Positions 27,038 through 40,947 of a stretch of DNA of 64,000 nt are shown in pieces. Under the pieces are notes generated by a model. The model was not told the origin of the DNA, ran no database searches, and saw only the letters and a program-made list of their open reading frames with translations. Position numbers and translations under genes: made by a program. Numbering within the stretch: position 1 is the first letter of the stretch; each line of letters begins with the position of its first letter. This stretch comes from Laetmonice hystrix. Taxonomy: Eukaryota. The stretch covers positions 36,830,001 to 36,894,000 of the forward strand of contig OZ249436.1 in NCBI GenBank assembly GCA_965235115.1. Direction: 5' to 3'.

Positions 27038-29832
27038 TTACGGTGATCAGTGTCATAACCAGTCATTGTGCCGTTGTTGTCTCAACTTGATTGACAGATC
27101 TATAACAAACCACTCTAAAAAAAATTGCGCACTTTGAAAAATATGTTCAAAATGCGTTAAATGTTGAACCACCTCAACGCACTTTGAAAAGAAAATTGAA
27201 AGTGCGTTGACGTGGACCCAATTCTTAACGGACTTTGAACAATGTTTAAGGGCGTAATTTCAAAGTGGGGTTGTTACACATGCACCTTGGCAACAATAGT
27301 TTAGAGCCGGAGTGAAGGGTGGAAGGCCATTTGGGACTGACAAAAAGTGGTCACAATGCGGAGTGGTCTTATTAGAAGTGCCCGCTATTGTGGGGTTTTG
27401 ACAAACATTAAATAGATAAATACATTTGAAAAACATTAAATAAAAAAACGGGACTCAGCCAAACTGGCCGTAATTAAGGGTTGACCTGTAGCTCATCTAT
27501 AAATATTACTGGCGATTGCTCGTAACAGACAGGAACACGATCTATCCTTCGATACAGGCTATATAGACTTTGTGTAGGAGATGAGGGGTATTCCTACATG
27601 AATTCAAGCCTTCTGTATAAACTGTGACATCTGGCTTAGACATTTGTGTGGCAATTGGGGAAATATATACTAAAATATAATAAAATATAATGTCAGCCTT
27701 TTGCAAAAAATCATTAAAATACTTTGAATTAACACTGAAAGTACTTTATTATTATGTTATTTTACGACTCATAAAAGACTGGCTTTGGTGAACATGGACA
27801 AATGTTGACATGAAGCAACATACAAGGCCAAGTCCGGTCTACCCATTCCGCCCCCTGACGACTAATTAGGGAACTGCCTCAAGAAGCTGGTGTCGCAGTA
27901 AGGTGTTGCTCTCAGGTACTTTTACGACCACTAATGGGGATTGTGTAACGACTGCTAATATTGGGCGCGTTGCAGATAGCGACTTCTAACATTGCGAGCG
28001 CTAACCTTTGTGACAACATGGGGTATCTGATATGCAACGGCACGGTCAGTAGGGCCCTTAGTAGTCGCAAAAAAATAAGGATCGTAAAGGTTTTTGGTGA
28101 TCCTTAAGGGGAAAAAATATGCAACAGTGCCGGGAACTGCCTCAAGAAGCTCGTGTTGCAGTGAGGTGCTGCTCTCAGGTACTTTTACGACCACTAATGG
28201 GAATTGTGTAACGACTGGTAATATTGGGCGCGTTGCAGATAGCGACTTCTAACATTGCGAGCGCTAACCTAGTCGCAAAAAATAAGGATCGTAAAGGTTT
28301 TAGTGATCCTTAAGGGGGAAAATATGCAATGGCGCCCTGGTAGATGAGACACACTCCACTCTTCCACTCTTCTCCACTCCACCTTTTTGGTGGGCCTTAG
28401 CGGAGGGCTCTAGCAACCATTTTAGGAACTGTTAGGCGGTTCAGCGATAGTACAGAGAGACCCCCTTAATGAGCGCTACTTTGTGCAACACCTATAAAGA
28501 CCACTATTTGCGACCTCTTTTTTATGCAACACTCTGATTTTAGTGACTGCTAAATCTGTAATATGCAACGCTTTCGAACATTTTAACGATCCTTATCGGC
28601 CGGTTCTTGAATATGCAACGGGGCCCAGGGGAGCTAAACTTTGGAATTTCGCGTGTTAAACCACCAAGTCAGAGTGCTACAAACTGTATTGTTAGGGATT
28701 ACACATTTGTTTATCAGCGAACTGGGCAAGGCTATCAGGCATTTTTGCGAGAAGTAAGCCTTCGGTGAGGACCGTTAGTGCGGGTGGAGCGACGATGACA
28801 GGTCCTATTAATATTCATAAGGTTGACTTCGGGGTCAACTTCTGCCCTGTTAGCATGGGCTGGGCTCAAGGGGTAGAATGCAGGATGCGCGATGCCCCTT
28901 GACAACTCAAGATGCCGGGTAGATATGCCAAGTGTGAATGTTTAGGGTAAGCTCATTGCCATGGGCGTCAATCCAAAATGGCGGAATCTACAGCGGTTGA
29001 TCGTGATACGGAAGCAATATAGTGTGTGGTCTATAGCAACAAAATCATCTTCAGAAGTGGGTAGAGTGGAGAGGCGATGTGTAGCGTCTCGTGTGACAGT
29101 ACATTTGTAGGCCTACTTTATTCACTGGCAGGCATTTCTTGAGGGGCAGCGTGTGTATGTTTTCCACGAAATCATTGACCCCGAGAAGCCGACCTAACGT
29201 CGAGTAACGGTAGTTAGTCATTACGACTATTTTACCTGCTTACTAACTTAGGTCTAGACTAGTCAAATACTTTCTGAGTCTTCTAATATAATATTTACGA
29301 ATCTCGGCTCGCTCTCTTCTGTGCTGATAATGGACTAAGGTAATTAAGACTTTCTAATGTCCGCGGACCATGTTGACCTGCTGGTAATGGCAGCGTTTGT
29401 GTTGCGACTAATGTAATGGGTTGTGTACACAATTCGTAGTGCTTCATGGGATAGCTGGGTGGGCGGAATTCACTTTTAAGACTGCAGGCCTGATGACACG
29501 ATATTCAGTGGTATTTTACAGGTAGGGGCATTTATTTTGGGGCCATCTACGCTATCTCGTAGGAAGTGCCCCTTTAATATATTTCTGAGAAGATTATAAT
29601 CCAGCACTACCCCAGACCCAGGCTGATGACATCAGAATGAAACTTAAAGGCAAAGTCCAGTCAAAAATCATATTGGGACAGCTGCAAGGCCTCTATATTA
29701 TATATAATCACCTTTCAGAGTAGTGGTTGGAAATAAATGTCCCCCCCCCCCCCATTCCAAGAAGTCATAATGTCGAACATGACAACCGTGTCAAAATCAC
29801 TGGCTTCAGCGGCGCAGCCATTTGTGGGGCTG

Positions 29833-30415
29833 TGTTCCGGCTAGATACGTACGAACGGCTAGTCATGTCCGATAGGAGATATGTCCGCAAACACCAGCTA
29901 GATGAGTCCGAAGAAATGGATATGTCCGCAAATATCAGCTAGATGTGTCCGGTACCGGACATATCTGGCTGACATTTGCGGACATATCCGGATTACCGGA
30001 CATATCTTGCTGACATATGCGGACATATCCAGATTACCGGACACATCCAGCTGGGGAACTACCTACTAGTCCGGGGGTCCACTAGTCCGAGGGTTCACTA
30101 GTCCGAGGTTGGCAGTAGGCAATGGCAAGGGAACATGAGGCAAATAGGGAGCTAACTTCAGGGGGCCGTTAGTCCGACAGCCCAATGGTGCGACAGACCA
30201 ATCCCCTATGTTGCCCACTTCGGAATGGTGAACCCTCGGACTAGTGAACCCTACCCTCTAGCTGATATTTGCGGACATATCCGGATTACCGGACACATCT
30301 GGCTGATATTTGCGGACATACATGTATACCGATTACCGGACATATCTAGCTGATATTTTCGGACATTATATCCTCTCGGACATAACTAGCCGTTGGGGCA
30401 TATCTAGCCGGAACA
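29833..30415. mobile_element. TGT..ACA TIR element with internal ~39-bp tandem units
   Basis: GGCTG|TGTTCCGGCTAGATA ... TATCTAGCCGGAACA|GGATG; repeats of gctgatatttgcggacatatccggattaccggacatatct. Confidence 0.85.
30054..30256. mobile_element. GGG..CCC MITE with 15-bp CACTAGTCCGA subrepeats, nested in 29833-30415
   Basis: 8-bp duplication TCCAGCTG/TCTAGCTG of host sequence; ctagtccg units at the left end and inverted cggactag at the right end. Confidence 0.8.
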
Positions 30416-31771
30416 GGATGGCCGAAAGTAATTGCCGTCATTGTGCCGGCTGTTGAGCATGCGCTGAATTCACAGCTATGTTAATACTGCCAGAATCTAT
30501 TTTAACGTGTGCGGGGCACGGGAAATGTTTGACCTGCTCAGACTCACCCGCTTTTCATCATTATTGCTGGTCCCGGAAGATTTCAATCTCTCTCGTACTT
30601 AGCTATACACAGGCTATACATTGTCTGATAGTATAATGAGAATTCGATGCAAATGTATGCTTGATTAGGGACGATGTTTGAGTAAACAAAGGATTCGGAT
30701 AACTTTTGTTTCCTACGCCGTCCGTGTCATGTAACTCGTCAGCCCAACCTTTATATTACAGCTACAGCGTGGATCCGATATCTTCTGTTCTAACCGGTTC
30801 TGCTATATAGTTACCATATTATATCAGGGATATAACAACTGAGGCTGCCATTCGTATCTACAGTATCCAATAGTGACATTGATACTTAGTCTCTATACAG
30901 AATGCCAAACATGATCCCTGGAAGCAGAAACCGCCTATGGTTCGACGACATCCGGATGCAATAAATAATCTGAGCTTACTGTGGTGGGGCAAAGTATCTG
31001 GTATGAGAAAACTTTGATGGATAAGGCCAACTTGACGGTGGCCCCGGAGACTTCATAACGCTTCATATTATGTGATACGGTAGGATAAAAATAACATGAC
31101 AGCTTGATTAGACCTACCCAAATGAACCCAATGCATCTGGATAGGCAAAAAAATTGTTCCTGTTAAAATGGTACCTGTTATGCCTGACTGGCAAGGGACT
31201 TGTCTCTAGGGCAACCAAAGAAAGGCCTTGACAACAAACACAAGTAAAGGCGCTCTTTCAGCTGTATTCATGATAAACTGTTTTCACAATAGTTTGGGCG
31301 GCAACTGTAATTATGACCCATGGAGGCCCTTACAACAATCTTAAATGTCGGCGAGTTTGGCAGTGCCATACCTTATTCTTGGCAAGTGACGTCACACGTT
31401 TATATTCCATTGAACCTGTACAGCGAAATGATGAAATAATGCATACGACCTTAGTGTTGGGAGGACATGACTTCAAACACAGTTTGAGTTATCGTGGTAT
31501 ATATATTACTGACCTATATATATTCATGTACTTAGACGATCGATGCATGATACGATTAGGCCTATGCTAAGCATGGCTATGTGGCGTAAAGCTGGGCTTC
31601 AGCTGCCACACCTACAAGCACAGATCGAGGGTCACCAGCTTGAAACTGTACAGCCTGTGGCCATAAGGGCTACAAAATAAAAGGCGACATTTGGATTTCA
31701 AGGGTAAGCCTAGATGCATACCAAAATGGCGTCCTTTGACGACAAGTGTGAGCCTCCCTGCCGATGCGGCC

Positions 31772-31935
31772 CAGTGGCGTACCCAGAAACTGGACCCAGG
31801 GGGTGCTGGAAATAACCAACGTCGTATGCGCTGCAAATTGGGAGGGGGCTGTGGGCAACAAGCGCACCCAAAAAAATTAGGCAAATTGAGGGGGGTGCTT
31901 GAGCACCCCAAGCACCCTCCCTGGGTACGCTACTG
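31772..31935. mobile_element. CAGTGGCGTACCCAG MITE
   Basis: TIR cagtggcgtacccag / ctgggtacgctactg; target duplication not clear. Confidence 0.75.
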
Positions 31936-34573
31936 GATGCCCCCCCCCCACCTCCGCTGTTTACGTGGGTGGGGTGGGGTTAGCATGAGATTTGGCAGTG
32001 GGTGAGGGTGGGGGTTGTGGCCGGCTGATTGCAGACTGGCTGACTGTCTCACCCCGTCGAGGGCCCAGTCGACTGCCCCGGTTCTTCCCTACGTGTCGAC
32101 AGCGGATCATCTGGACTGTTGCGAGTTATCTCAATTGATTACCGGGTGTTGTGTTCTAGGTCTCCGGTGACCGGTGGGGTCACGGCAGGTCAACAAACAG
32201 AGAGGTCACCTGTCAGTGAGGCAGGACGGAACCTCAGCGTCTGCTGGAACAATAGAGTATTACTCCAAGTCTTGTCTAGCTGACAGCTCATTAAATGCGG
32301 CTGAGGGATAACGGCCATTGGCATTTTGTTCATCTGCCTCGTCCAAAACATTAAGTTCTATATGTTGGGTCCGTCTGCACCTGGCTGCCGGTAGTGGGTT
32401 AAACTGAGCTAGGGTTGAAGGTTGAATTTATTCAAAGCTCTTTGTTTTTACTTTGCCACTCCCCTTGGTTCAGACGCGCCCTGCGTAATCAGGGGCAAGA
32501 ATGATCCTCGGCTTTACCATCAGCTGTTCGTAAACGGCAACGAATGGGGCGAGGGCTGGTGTGGAGAAGTGGTCGAACGTCGGATTGCAGATGAATTAGG
32601 ATCTGTCCAGTTCCATTTCCGTCAATGATCTTCCTGAACGCTCTTCAACTTTGTCATTAAAGGCCGCCTCGGGTTTTCCAGCTACATGCATGTGCAACTG
32701 GGCATATGTTAAAAAAGATACTGCCATTGCTTCCATGTGGTGGGGTTCTTACTAACTTCATGCTCATCCTCGTCATCACCCGCCTCGCCCTCACGCGTAG
32801 GTTTTTGTTGTTGCCCTGAATAGCCCCCTCCCCACCCGACATTCACTCACTTAGTCCGAGTCTCCGCCCTTTGTGACAGTTTGCCTACTGGCGTGAGCTT
32901 TCCTTCCTCTATTGCGTAAAAGCACAGGAGCCTCGACCCCCGGGGGACGAGGCTCCTGTGGTAAAAGACACGATGTTGCCTCTTCCCCCTGGGCAGACCC
33001 ACACCCCATGAGTGATTCGCCTTCGTTTTACATCTCATTAAATTCTTCCTCCTGACGGAGAGTCCGAGTTTGTAGTGATTCTTCAGTTCATCCACTTATC
33101 GAGCAGGGTTAAACATTAACTAATGAAGCCCCTGAGAGATTATTATAGCATGCTGTAGTATAGCGACTGATTACCTGAGGTCCACCAGGGGCCAATTTCT
33201 CTGCTTACCCTGTGCCGTGCTCTGAACCAGGAAGTCGGCTTGCGACCAGCCCCTGTCAACAGAGGTGCTGTCTTATCGGAACTCATTAGTGGGCATCACG
33301 GCCATCCGCTTTAAACCTGTCTAGGAAACTGGCCAGCGGTGGTGGGGCAGCTAATTAGAGGCAGTGTCCAGAGAGGAAGTTCAGATTTAATTAACACCTC
33401 CGTTGACCACCATGTATTTTAATCTGCCACACTTGCTTGTTGTTACTGGAAAGTGAAATAGTTTCTGTGACGTGATTTTACCTTTGCTCTCAATCGGATT
33501 CGGATGGAATTATCCATTACCAAGAAAGGTTAAGATAACTTTCGGAAATTTGGGGAGTTAGGATGCAGGAGTTAGGAGTTCTGGTTTCTCAAATGAATAA
33601 TTTTTGTTAATAGGTTGTGCTTGGTTACCAAAATCACCATTAGCCATGAATATTTAAAGAGAGATCGTGGATGAACAGACAAATTACAAAACTGAAGACG
33701 TTTTCTAATTGATCATTCAACCGGCGAAGCCGGTGATTGGATGATAGTATGAGGGAGCGTGACGGGTCCTTATATAAGAAATCTATGGAATTTTCATTAT
33801 CAAAGGTTTTTGAAGGAAGGAAGGAAGGAACTTGAGAATTAATTGGCTCCTTACAGAGAAGGTATTAAATTAAATTGGTCATACGCCATGACGCTTAAAT
33901 TCGCTGAGACGCCTATCCTGACAGGTGTCATGTTCAACAACTTGCGATATCTTATGACATATTAGTATATCATACATAGGCGCCGCAACCGGGGGGAAGG
34001 TAAGGGGGGAGCCCCCAACAGTTTACACCCACTCTACCCCCTGAATATTATCCGGCGCTAGTGTGCTATCAGCAACGTAGATGGAAGAGGTTAGCCAAGG
34101 CCGAACGTTGTGTATAGGGCCTAACCATTATATTGAACATAGGGGGAAAAACAAACATGATAATATATCGAAATGTGTATACATGACGTCATATCGCCGT
34201 GTACGCACTTCTTCCTTAATATCATCCTTCCATCATCATTTGAAATTTCTCATGTTGCCACCATACACCATTTCACATCTTTCTATATACTCTAATATAT
34301 AAAGGCAACGATGTAATTTATGGGCTATACATGTGCATATGTAATTTATGGGCTAGCAAATACATGTTGGAAACGCTCGCTTGCGCACATGTGGCTGCCG
34401 CGGATACGTCACACTTTTTATTTGAATTCACGGAAGAGCAACCTAAACATATATTTGACGTCCTTTATCTGTCCTCTTCTAGCTTCACCTTGTTCTATCC
34501 GTTCTATCTAACATTAGAAGGACAGAATAAAACTTATACAAATCAAGGACTATCCGAAATAACATATATAATA

Positions 34574-34794
34574 CAGTGGGGGATCCAGGATATTGATAAT
34601 CCAGGGCCTTAATTTTTTTGGGGGGTCTGCTGGACTGAGGAGACCCTTTTTGGCCCGATGTTACTGTCACATACAATATAGGACGGTTTAAAAAAAAAAG
34701 TTGGAATCCTGGTTTCACCGGAATAATACATGATTTCGTAAAAAAGCTAGGTCTAAATCCAAGGGGGACCCGGTCCGCCCTGCATCCCCGACTG
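34574..34794. mobile_element. Decayed CAGTGGCGGATCCAGG-type MITE
   Basis: cagtgggggatccagg / cctgcatccccgactg. Confidence 0.55.
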
Positions 34795-36709
34795 TTAGTA
34801 ATATCACACCGACACGGCGTAAAACTGTCAACACTTACTCGCTTGATTTAAAAAAATGAAAAAAATAGTGCAAAAGCTATCGCCATGAAGATTAGCAAAG
34901 CTGTAGAGCAGCTACGGACATTATAGACCATGGTTTATGCATGGTGAGCTTATCTGTTTTCTTTCATCCCTTCTCCCCTTTTACGTCACGTCACAAATTA
35001 ATCCTTTTCGTCTGCTTCCAACGTCCTCGAAGGATGCAGATGTTCGTGTTTGGATAGTGATAGTTTTTTTTAGTAGGTATGGATGGCATATAGGCAGTTG
35101 AATTACAAATCATGATGATAATGTCATTGCCAATGTATTGCTTATTGCATTTATTTAATTAAACAAATGTCAGGATTAATATATCTACGAACGGCATGTG
35201 AGGCCTTGAGCGTGAATTGTCATACTTTTTTACAATGTTTTGTAAAAGATTAATCTAAACACATGCGACTAAATTCCTGTTTGTCTGCATTCGTTCATGG
35301 TTGACAGTATCCATAATTTTTATTTCTACTGTACTGGTAATAATAATTAAGTAAAGCGTCTTATCTTGTTGGAAAGAATTGATGTTATGTAGAGGTGTGA
35401 GGATTTTGATATGAGGCCTTTCAGACATTCGACACTACAGGCACGCAACTTCTCGTCGGCCGTCAATCAATCTGAGAAACAACGGCATGTCATGAACTGA
35501 TTTTATGGGGCAGGTGCCCGAAAGCTCCGGAGCTATTGGCTTGTTTTTTTCGGAGGATGGGAGATAGATGTGTTCATGACTGGTGACATCCGTAATGTGA
35601 GCACCATGAAAATATGAGCTCCAGGTGGTCGGATTGGAAGGGGGGGGGGGTCCTCCTAGAACAAGCACAAAAAGTGCGGTGGGGGGGGGGGGTCCTCCTC
35701 CCCCGAAGGCGAGTAAACAATGATATCTGGGCAAAGGACCTTCCTGTAGAAATATTAAACCGTTTAAGTGCTGGCACTGTGGAAAATCGTACGCCATCTC
35801 GCGGCGCAAACAGGAGCCCATGCCATCACGCGTACGTCAGAGACCTCTCCCAAATAACGTGAAACTGAGACATGTTCACAACGTCCTCGCTGTCACGTCG
35901 TGTCAAGGCGTGGCCCGTGACTTACCAAAAACTGATGCCGTCGCCGACACGTCATTGTGTTTGATGGCATGCTTAGTTATTGATCTGAAGTATTTGAGAA
36001 TATGATCGGCATATGAGCAAGGTTTGTGGATGCTTATTGCTATCTTCAACAAGACGTGATGTAATATAAAACGTTAAGTGTAGCTCAACGGTCATTCCAT
36101 ATGACCCATTTATAATGTGCATCCAGTTAGAGAGAACGAACCCACCTGACGATATTTATTCTGACTTTATCATGTTAGAAATATCACAGAATGTAGGGTT
36201 TTTCTAACATTAGTCGTGATTTCCTTTGTTTAACATGATCACGACATTGTATTTGGATTATGCGGAGTCTAAAGAACAACAAGCTTACCTTCATGCAGAT
36301 GTGGCCTTTTAGTAAGTACATCCTTACCACATTTCGACGGAAAAATATTTACTCCGTGTCAGGATGTGCCTGTCAGGATGTGGGTGTGTCGAGTAAATTC
36401 ACATCACAATGCATCTGGAAGTGGTACGAATTGTGTGTTTGATAACGACAACAGTGTACTGCTGTCCCGAAACATTGCAGGACTTAATTTGTTACCGCGG
36501 CGCCAACACAGTAAAACGAAACGTACTTAGAGACTGCGTGTTCATTTTCACATTACTTTAGCGTACGTAAAACATGTGATTATGTTACCTACATACATTT
36601 AAGAATACAAGTAATATAATACCATATGTTTCACAATAATAATTTGAAACTACCCGTTAATAAGCACAATAAAGTAGAGTTATTTCGCACACAATTTTGG
36701 ACGGGAGCA

Positions 36710-37110
36710 TGCACGGATTGGCTTCTCCTATCCGGTGGTGTAAAGCGACCCTAAATATGTATATTCATACCGGTTACATCGGGCTGACAGACGTATTTTC
36801 TCTGCGATTCGGTGCGCACCGTTTCATTCTAACGTGGCGCCATATTCTAATATAAGCAGGCCATCTGGCCACTTTATTGTGTACACCAGCATATCAAATA
36901 GAAAACGCGCTTCCTTCCCATCCCTGCTTGGCCACGGTCAGAACAACATGCTGCAGGAAAAAAATCTACTCGACCAAGTCTGATTCGGAGGGAAAATGAC
37001 GATAATCTTGCGCCCTTTGTTTATCAATCAATTCCAACGAAAGACCACATCACCCAAAAAACAGCAAAATAAGTTTTTTTTTTAGGTTCTACCGAAATGT
37101 TTCTTGAAAC
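36710..37110 (-). mobile_element. Diverged relative of the 13384-14046 element
   Basis: aaagcgaccctaaatat, gggctgacagacgt and gcaccgtttcattctaac are reverse complements of segments in 13880-14030. Confidence 0.7.
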
Positions 37111-37283
37111 GATGATGTCGTCGAATTACCGCTCATGAAAATGTTAGTTCCCATTCGAGTGGAATTTGACGAAGATGGTCTGATGAAACGTCTTGTCGTT
37201 ACACTCATGTACTTCAGGAGCCCGTATATCTGAGGTAAAACGGCTGGATACAAATGTTAGCTTACATAATGAAACATGTCAGA

Positions 37284-37402
37284 AGTATAGTATCCCTCCA
37301 ACGGTTCATGTATATTTAATATGCAAAAACCATTTAACATATTAAATGTGTGAAATGGTTTTTGTATATTAAATACATGGTCCGTTGGAGGGATACTATA
37401 CT
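37284..37402. repeat. Near-perfect 119-bp palindrome (hairpin MITE)
   Basis: agtatagtatccctccaacgg...aaaaaccattt / aaatggttttt...ccgttggagggatactatact. Confidence 0.92.
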
Positions 37403-40400
37403 CTTCAAAACCTCCGCCTGCTCCGTTCGACACCTAATTTTGCTGACCTCCTGTAGCCAGCAGATGCCGTACTCCACGGCAATCCAAACAGATGTGTATG
37501 GATCAGGTCCTTACGGTGTTGTAGATCAATACTAACATATTCGATGCTTAACGTAGACGTTCATGTCAGTACTCCGACACCAGACTTTAATGCTGGTCGG
37601 ATCGCCAACATCACTGAGAGAGATGTAAGCTGGGCCCAGCTGGGTGAAACATCACCCAACTGTCAGCAGCCCGACCCTTCAAATCCCTGCCTGAATTAAA
37701 CATTAAAAACACCCAGGACGGCTGCAACGAAGTGTATCTACAATCCAACTATGATCCTGTACTTTGTTTCATATATGTGTTATATTTTCTACATGTTTAT
37801 ATTACTTTGATAATGTATAGGTGTGAACTTCTGCTTAGGCCCCTATATACCAGTGTAGGCCTAATATATAATGTTAAAGACAATTGACATCACAACAAGT
37901 TTTCTATGGATGTCACAGCTCAGTATAAACGCGGTTTCCAATGGAAACGTTATGTAGATTTAAATAAAAATACATGCTCCCATTGTTGGGGGGGGGGGGT
38001 GAATTTCAAGGAGGATCTAAGTCAAAAAAGAAGAAGAATATTAGTGCTGACCCCTTTGACAGAAACCAAAAGAGAATACAACTTGGGAGGTGTTTCATAA
38101 TGAAATAGGCCTAAATAATGAAAGAAAGAAAGATTGGAAAGAAAGAGAAACCCCTTTATACTGAATGGTCAACGTTGGTGTCCCCCCCCCCCGCAAAGCA
38201 AACAACAACAAAAAGTAACCTATTAAATATTACTTTGGATTGTGGGAATGCATGGGGGATAAATTACTGTAAGGGTAGGATGTTATATAGAGTGGGTGAT
38301 GAATTCGAAACTGTTTGACGTCAGGCCTTAAAGATAGGCAAACTGAAGTATATAAATCAACCGACAATAAAATACTATCTCAGTTGTAATCCTTATCCCG
38401 AACATTATCTATCTGCGTGTCCATCTTAAACCCTTGAGGTGACCACTATATATCATTGTTATCAGTACCACTATATTACAGTTAGAATCTTTATGGACGT
38501 AGGCGTGTGGCGCCACACTTGTCACGAACAAGGAAGTGCCATATAGGATCCGAAATGATAATTTAGTACCTTTGATAGCAAAGAATCGGTCCAAGTTTGC
38601 TCCACGTGGGCGCCTTGGGTTGGCTTCAATCGTGCCGCATTCAAGAGTGCGACTCTAGCGACATCTAGCGATGATGAACGAGGGGACCATTGCTATCGGT
38701 CTATTTACAACATAACATGAAGCAATGAGCACTGGACACCGGTGGTTTGGGAGTGGTATCCACACGAGGCGGTAGCCGGTCCGCGTCCGACGCCAAAGCG
38801 TCGGCCAATTTGGCATGGGCGCCAGCCGCACAGGCATGGGTACCGTAAATTGGTAGCATGATTTTATTGTACGGTCATCGCTCATACAAATACAACAACG
38901 GGGATATGTTATACCTCAGGGGTAATAACATAACGTCATTGACAGCGGTCACAAGTTTACATGCTCCAGGGTAATCTACCAAGGACGTCACATGATAATG
39001 GCGTAAATACCCCATCTCTTGTCGCACTAGTTTTCATTGAGAATCAATCAATGGTGTTCTGTCACTTAGTTATTGGCTTACAGGCATCCGGGGTTGAGAG
39101 ACATTGTTGCGTTCCTTCTGATAGATTTGTTAAAAAGTCGGTTGACCTTATTAAATTTAACTACATCTTTCCAAAGACAGTTTTAAATATTAATATGTTA
39201 TAGTCAGTGAAAGATGGAAATGGAAATAAAAGGTCAGAAGGTGACAATGATTCAACCGCCATGGGATATCTGGCTAACAAATGCACTTGGAGACAACCTC
39301 TTCAATCCTTGGACTTCTATCAGAGAAGCCTTTACTCCTTTTGCTCCCTTTAGAGGACTACATCAACAGCGCACTCTGCAGGCACCTGACGCTTGGAACA
39401 CAGAAAATTGACCATCAATATTATGATTGTGATTGAATAGTGTAAAAGGAGACTGGAGTAAAAAAATGCTTGGTCCATTCATTATTATTGTCAGATCTGT
39501 TCCCCTTGGGAGATCTGGGTTGTTTGGTCTTGGAATATTCAAGGTAGGCACTGGCCATTTATATTCCCTCCAGTAAGTACAGCGAGAAGTTTTAAGAATA
39601 AGCAGGTGGGAACAGAAAACTGCATGATTGGAGTGGGAAAGGAACGTTTCGCTATCTTGTCCTAAAACTCCGGTCTAAGCCAAGAGGCGGCGGTGGTCCT
39701 CATCCCTTTCATCAGTAACAGCATAGCGTCTCGTCTGCCATGTGAAGGTCGTCCTATTAGAGTCAGAGGGGCGAGTCCCCACGTCCCCAAAACCACCAGG
39801 GATCAACCGAATTGCGCTGGCAGTCCATCTATCCCCACGCAATCTGCCGCCAATGTTCAGCATTAGGCGACATCATACAGAGAAAACCAGGAGGAGGGGG
39901 AGGGGGGTTGGTGGTAACGTTAGCGGTCCTTGGAGACGGGTGTTACGGCGAACACGTGACGGTTGCCGTGTCGTCTGCTCGACAAGAAACAGATCCCCCG
40001 AGGTTTCCGAGCCGACAGACGTTCCGCTTCATTTTCCAAAAAGGGGGCTTACCGTCTCGAATCACTCTATCTCGCTTGTAGTGGATTGATCTAATTGTAC
40101 GACGCATGAGGGCCGCACAGCGAGTCATAATTACTCCCAGGTTGGTTGACTAAAACTCCATTACAAAACCCCGCATCAAGGGTCCGAATCATTCTGTGCA
40201 TGGGGGCGTTATATATAGACTGGGTGATAAATTCGAAACCGTTGGCGTCGGGCATTAATGAGGCACATGAAGGATACCCATCAACCAGCAAAAATAATAT
40301 CTCAATTGTAACCCTGATATTTATTATTAATGATGGTATTAATCGTTGGTCTGGTAATAATGGTCACCTTCCTGAGAAAACAAACCATGAAGATGTAAAC

Positions 40401-40947
40401 AAAGTAAGTACATCGAACTGTATTGTCCTGCAAACATTGATCAAATCGGACTGAATGGAGAGAAGTAATCGCCTCCTCTCCAGACAATATAAATGTACTT
40501 GTATAAATGAATGTATTAACATCATAGCTCCGGTTAAAATACGACTTGTATTTTTGGATTAATTGATTAACAAAATCAATGAACATAAGATGAGAAATAC
40601 TACAGGATTTCGATGATAATTGATTAACTTTTCAACATAGGACGGGGAAATCTGAATAAGGATTTTTCGAGCTAAAATGTGCCGTCAACGGAAAAAAGGC
40701 GAAAAGAATTATTGGAGGGCGAAGAAATTATCGGCTGTTCATTACAGCTCGGCAGATATGTGCCAACAATTAGGTTAATCCGCATATTTCTCAAGTTAAC
40801 TACTGAGAGAAAGAATACATCATAGATGGCTTGAACAAAACTGACTGTCCATGGAGACGGGGACATTTTAATTACTAAGATACCCGTCCGGTACCTGACA
40901 ACTTAATCACGTAAGTCGTCCGGCTGAAGAGACCTCGCTCGCATGTT

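Larger units (their letters stand above)
25494..28336 (-). mobile_element. Inverted second copy of the Harbinger-like family inserted inside the first
   Basis: 25494-25750 is the reverse complement of 28337-28600; 27745-28130 is the reverse complement of 23956-24340; ends aatatgcaatggcgcc|CTG; partial tandem duplication at 28131-28336. Confidence 0.75.
23956..28625. mobile_element. PIF/Harbinger-like non-autonomous element (outer copy) containing nested insertions
   Basis: CAG|GGCCCCGTTGCATATT ... AATATGCAACGGGGCC|CAG: perfect 16-bp TIR and 3-bp CAG duplication. Confidence 0.8.

Noticed and set aside
29870..30390. Second CRISPR-like array (~39-bp units)
   Set aside because: These are contiguous tandem units inside a TIR element, with no spacers.
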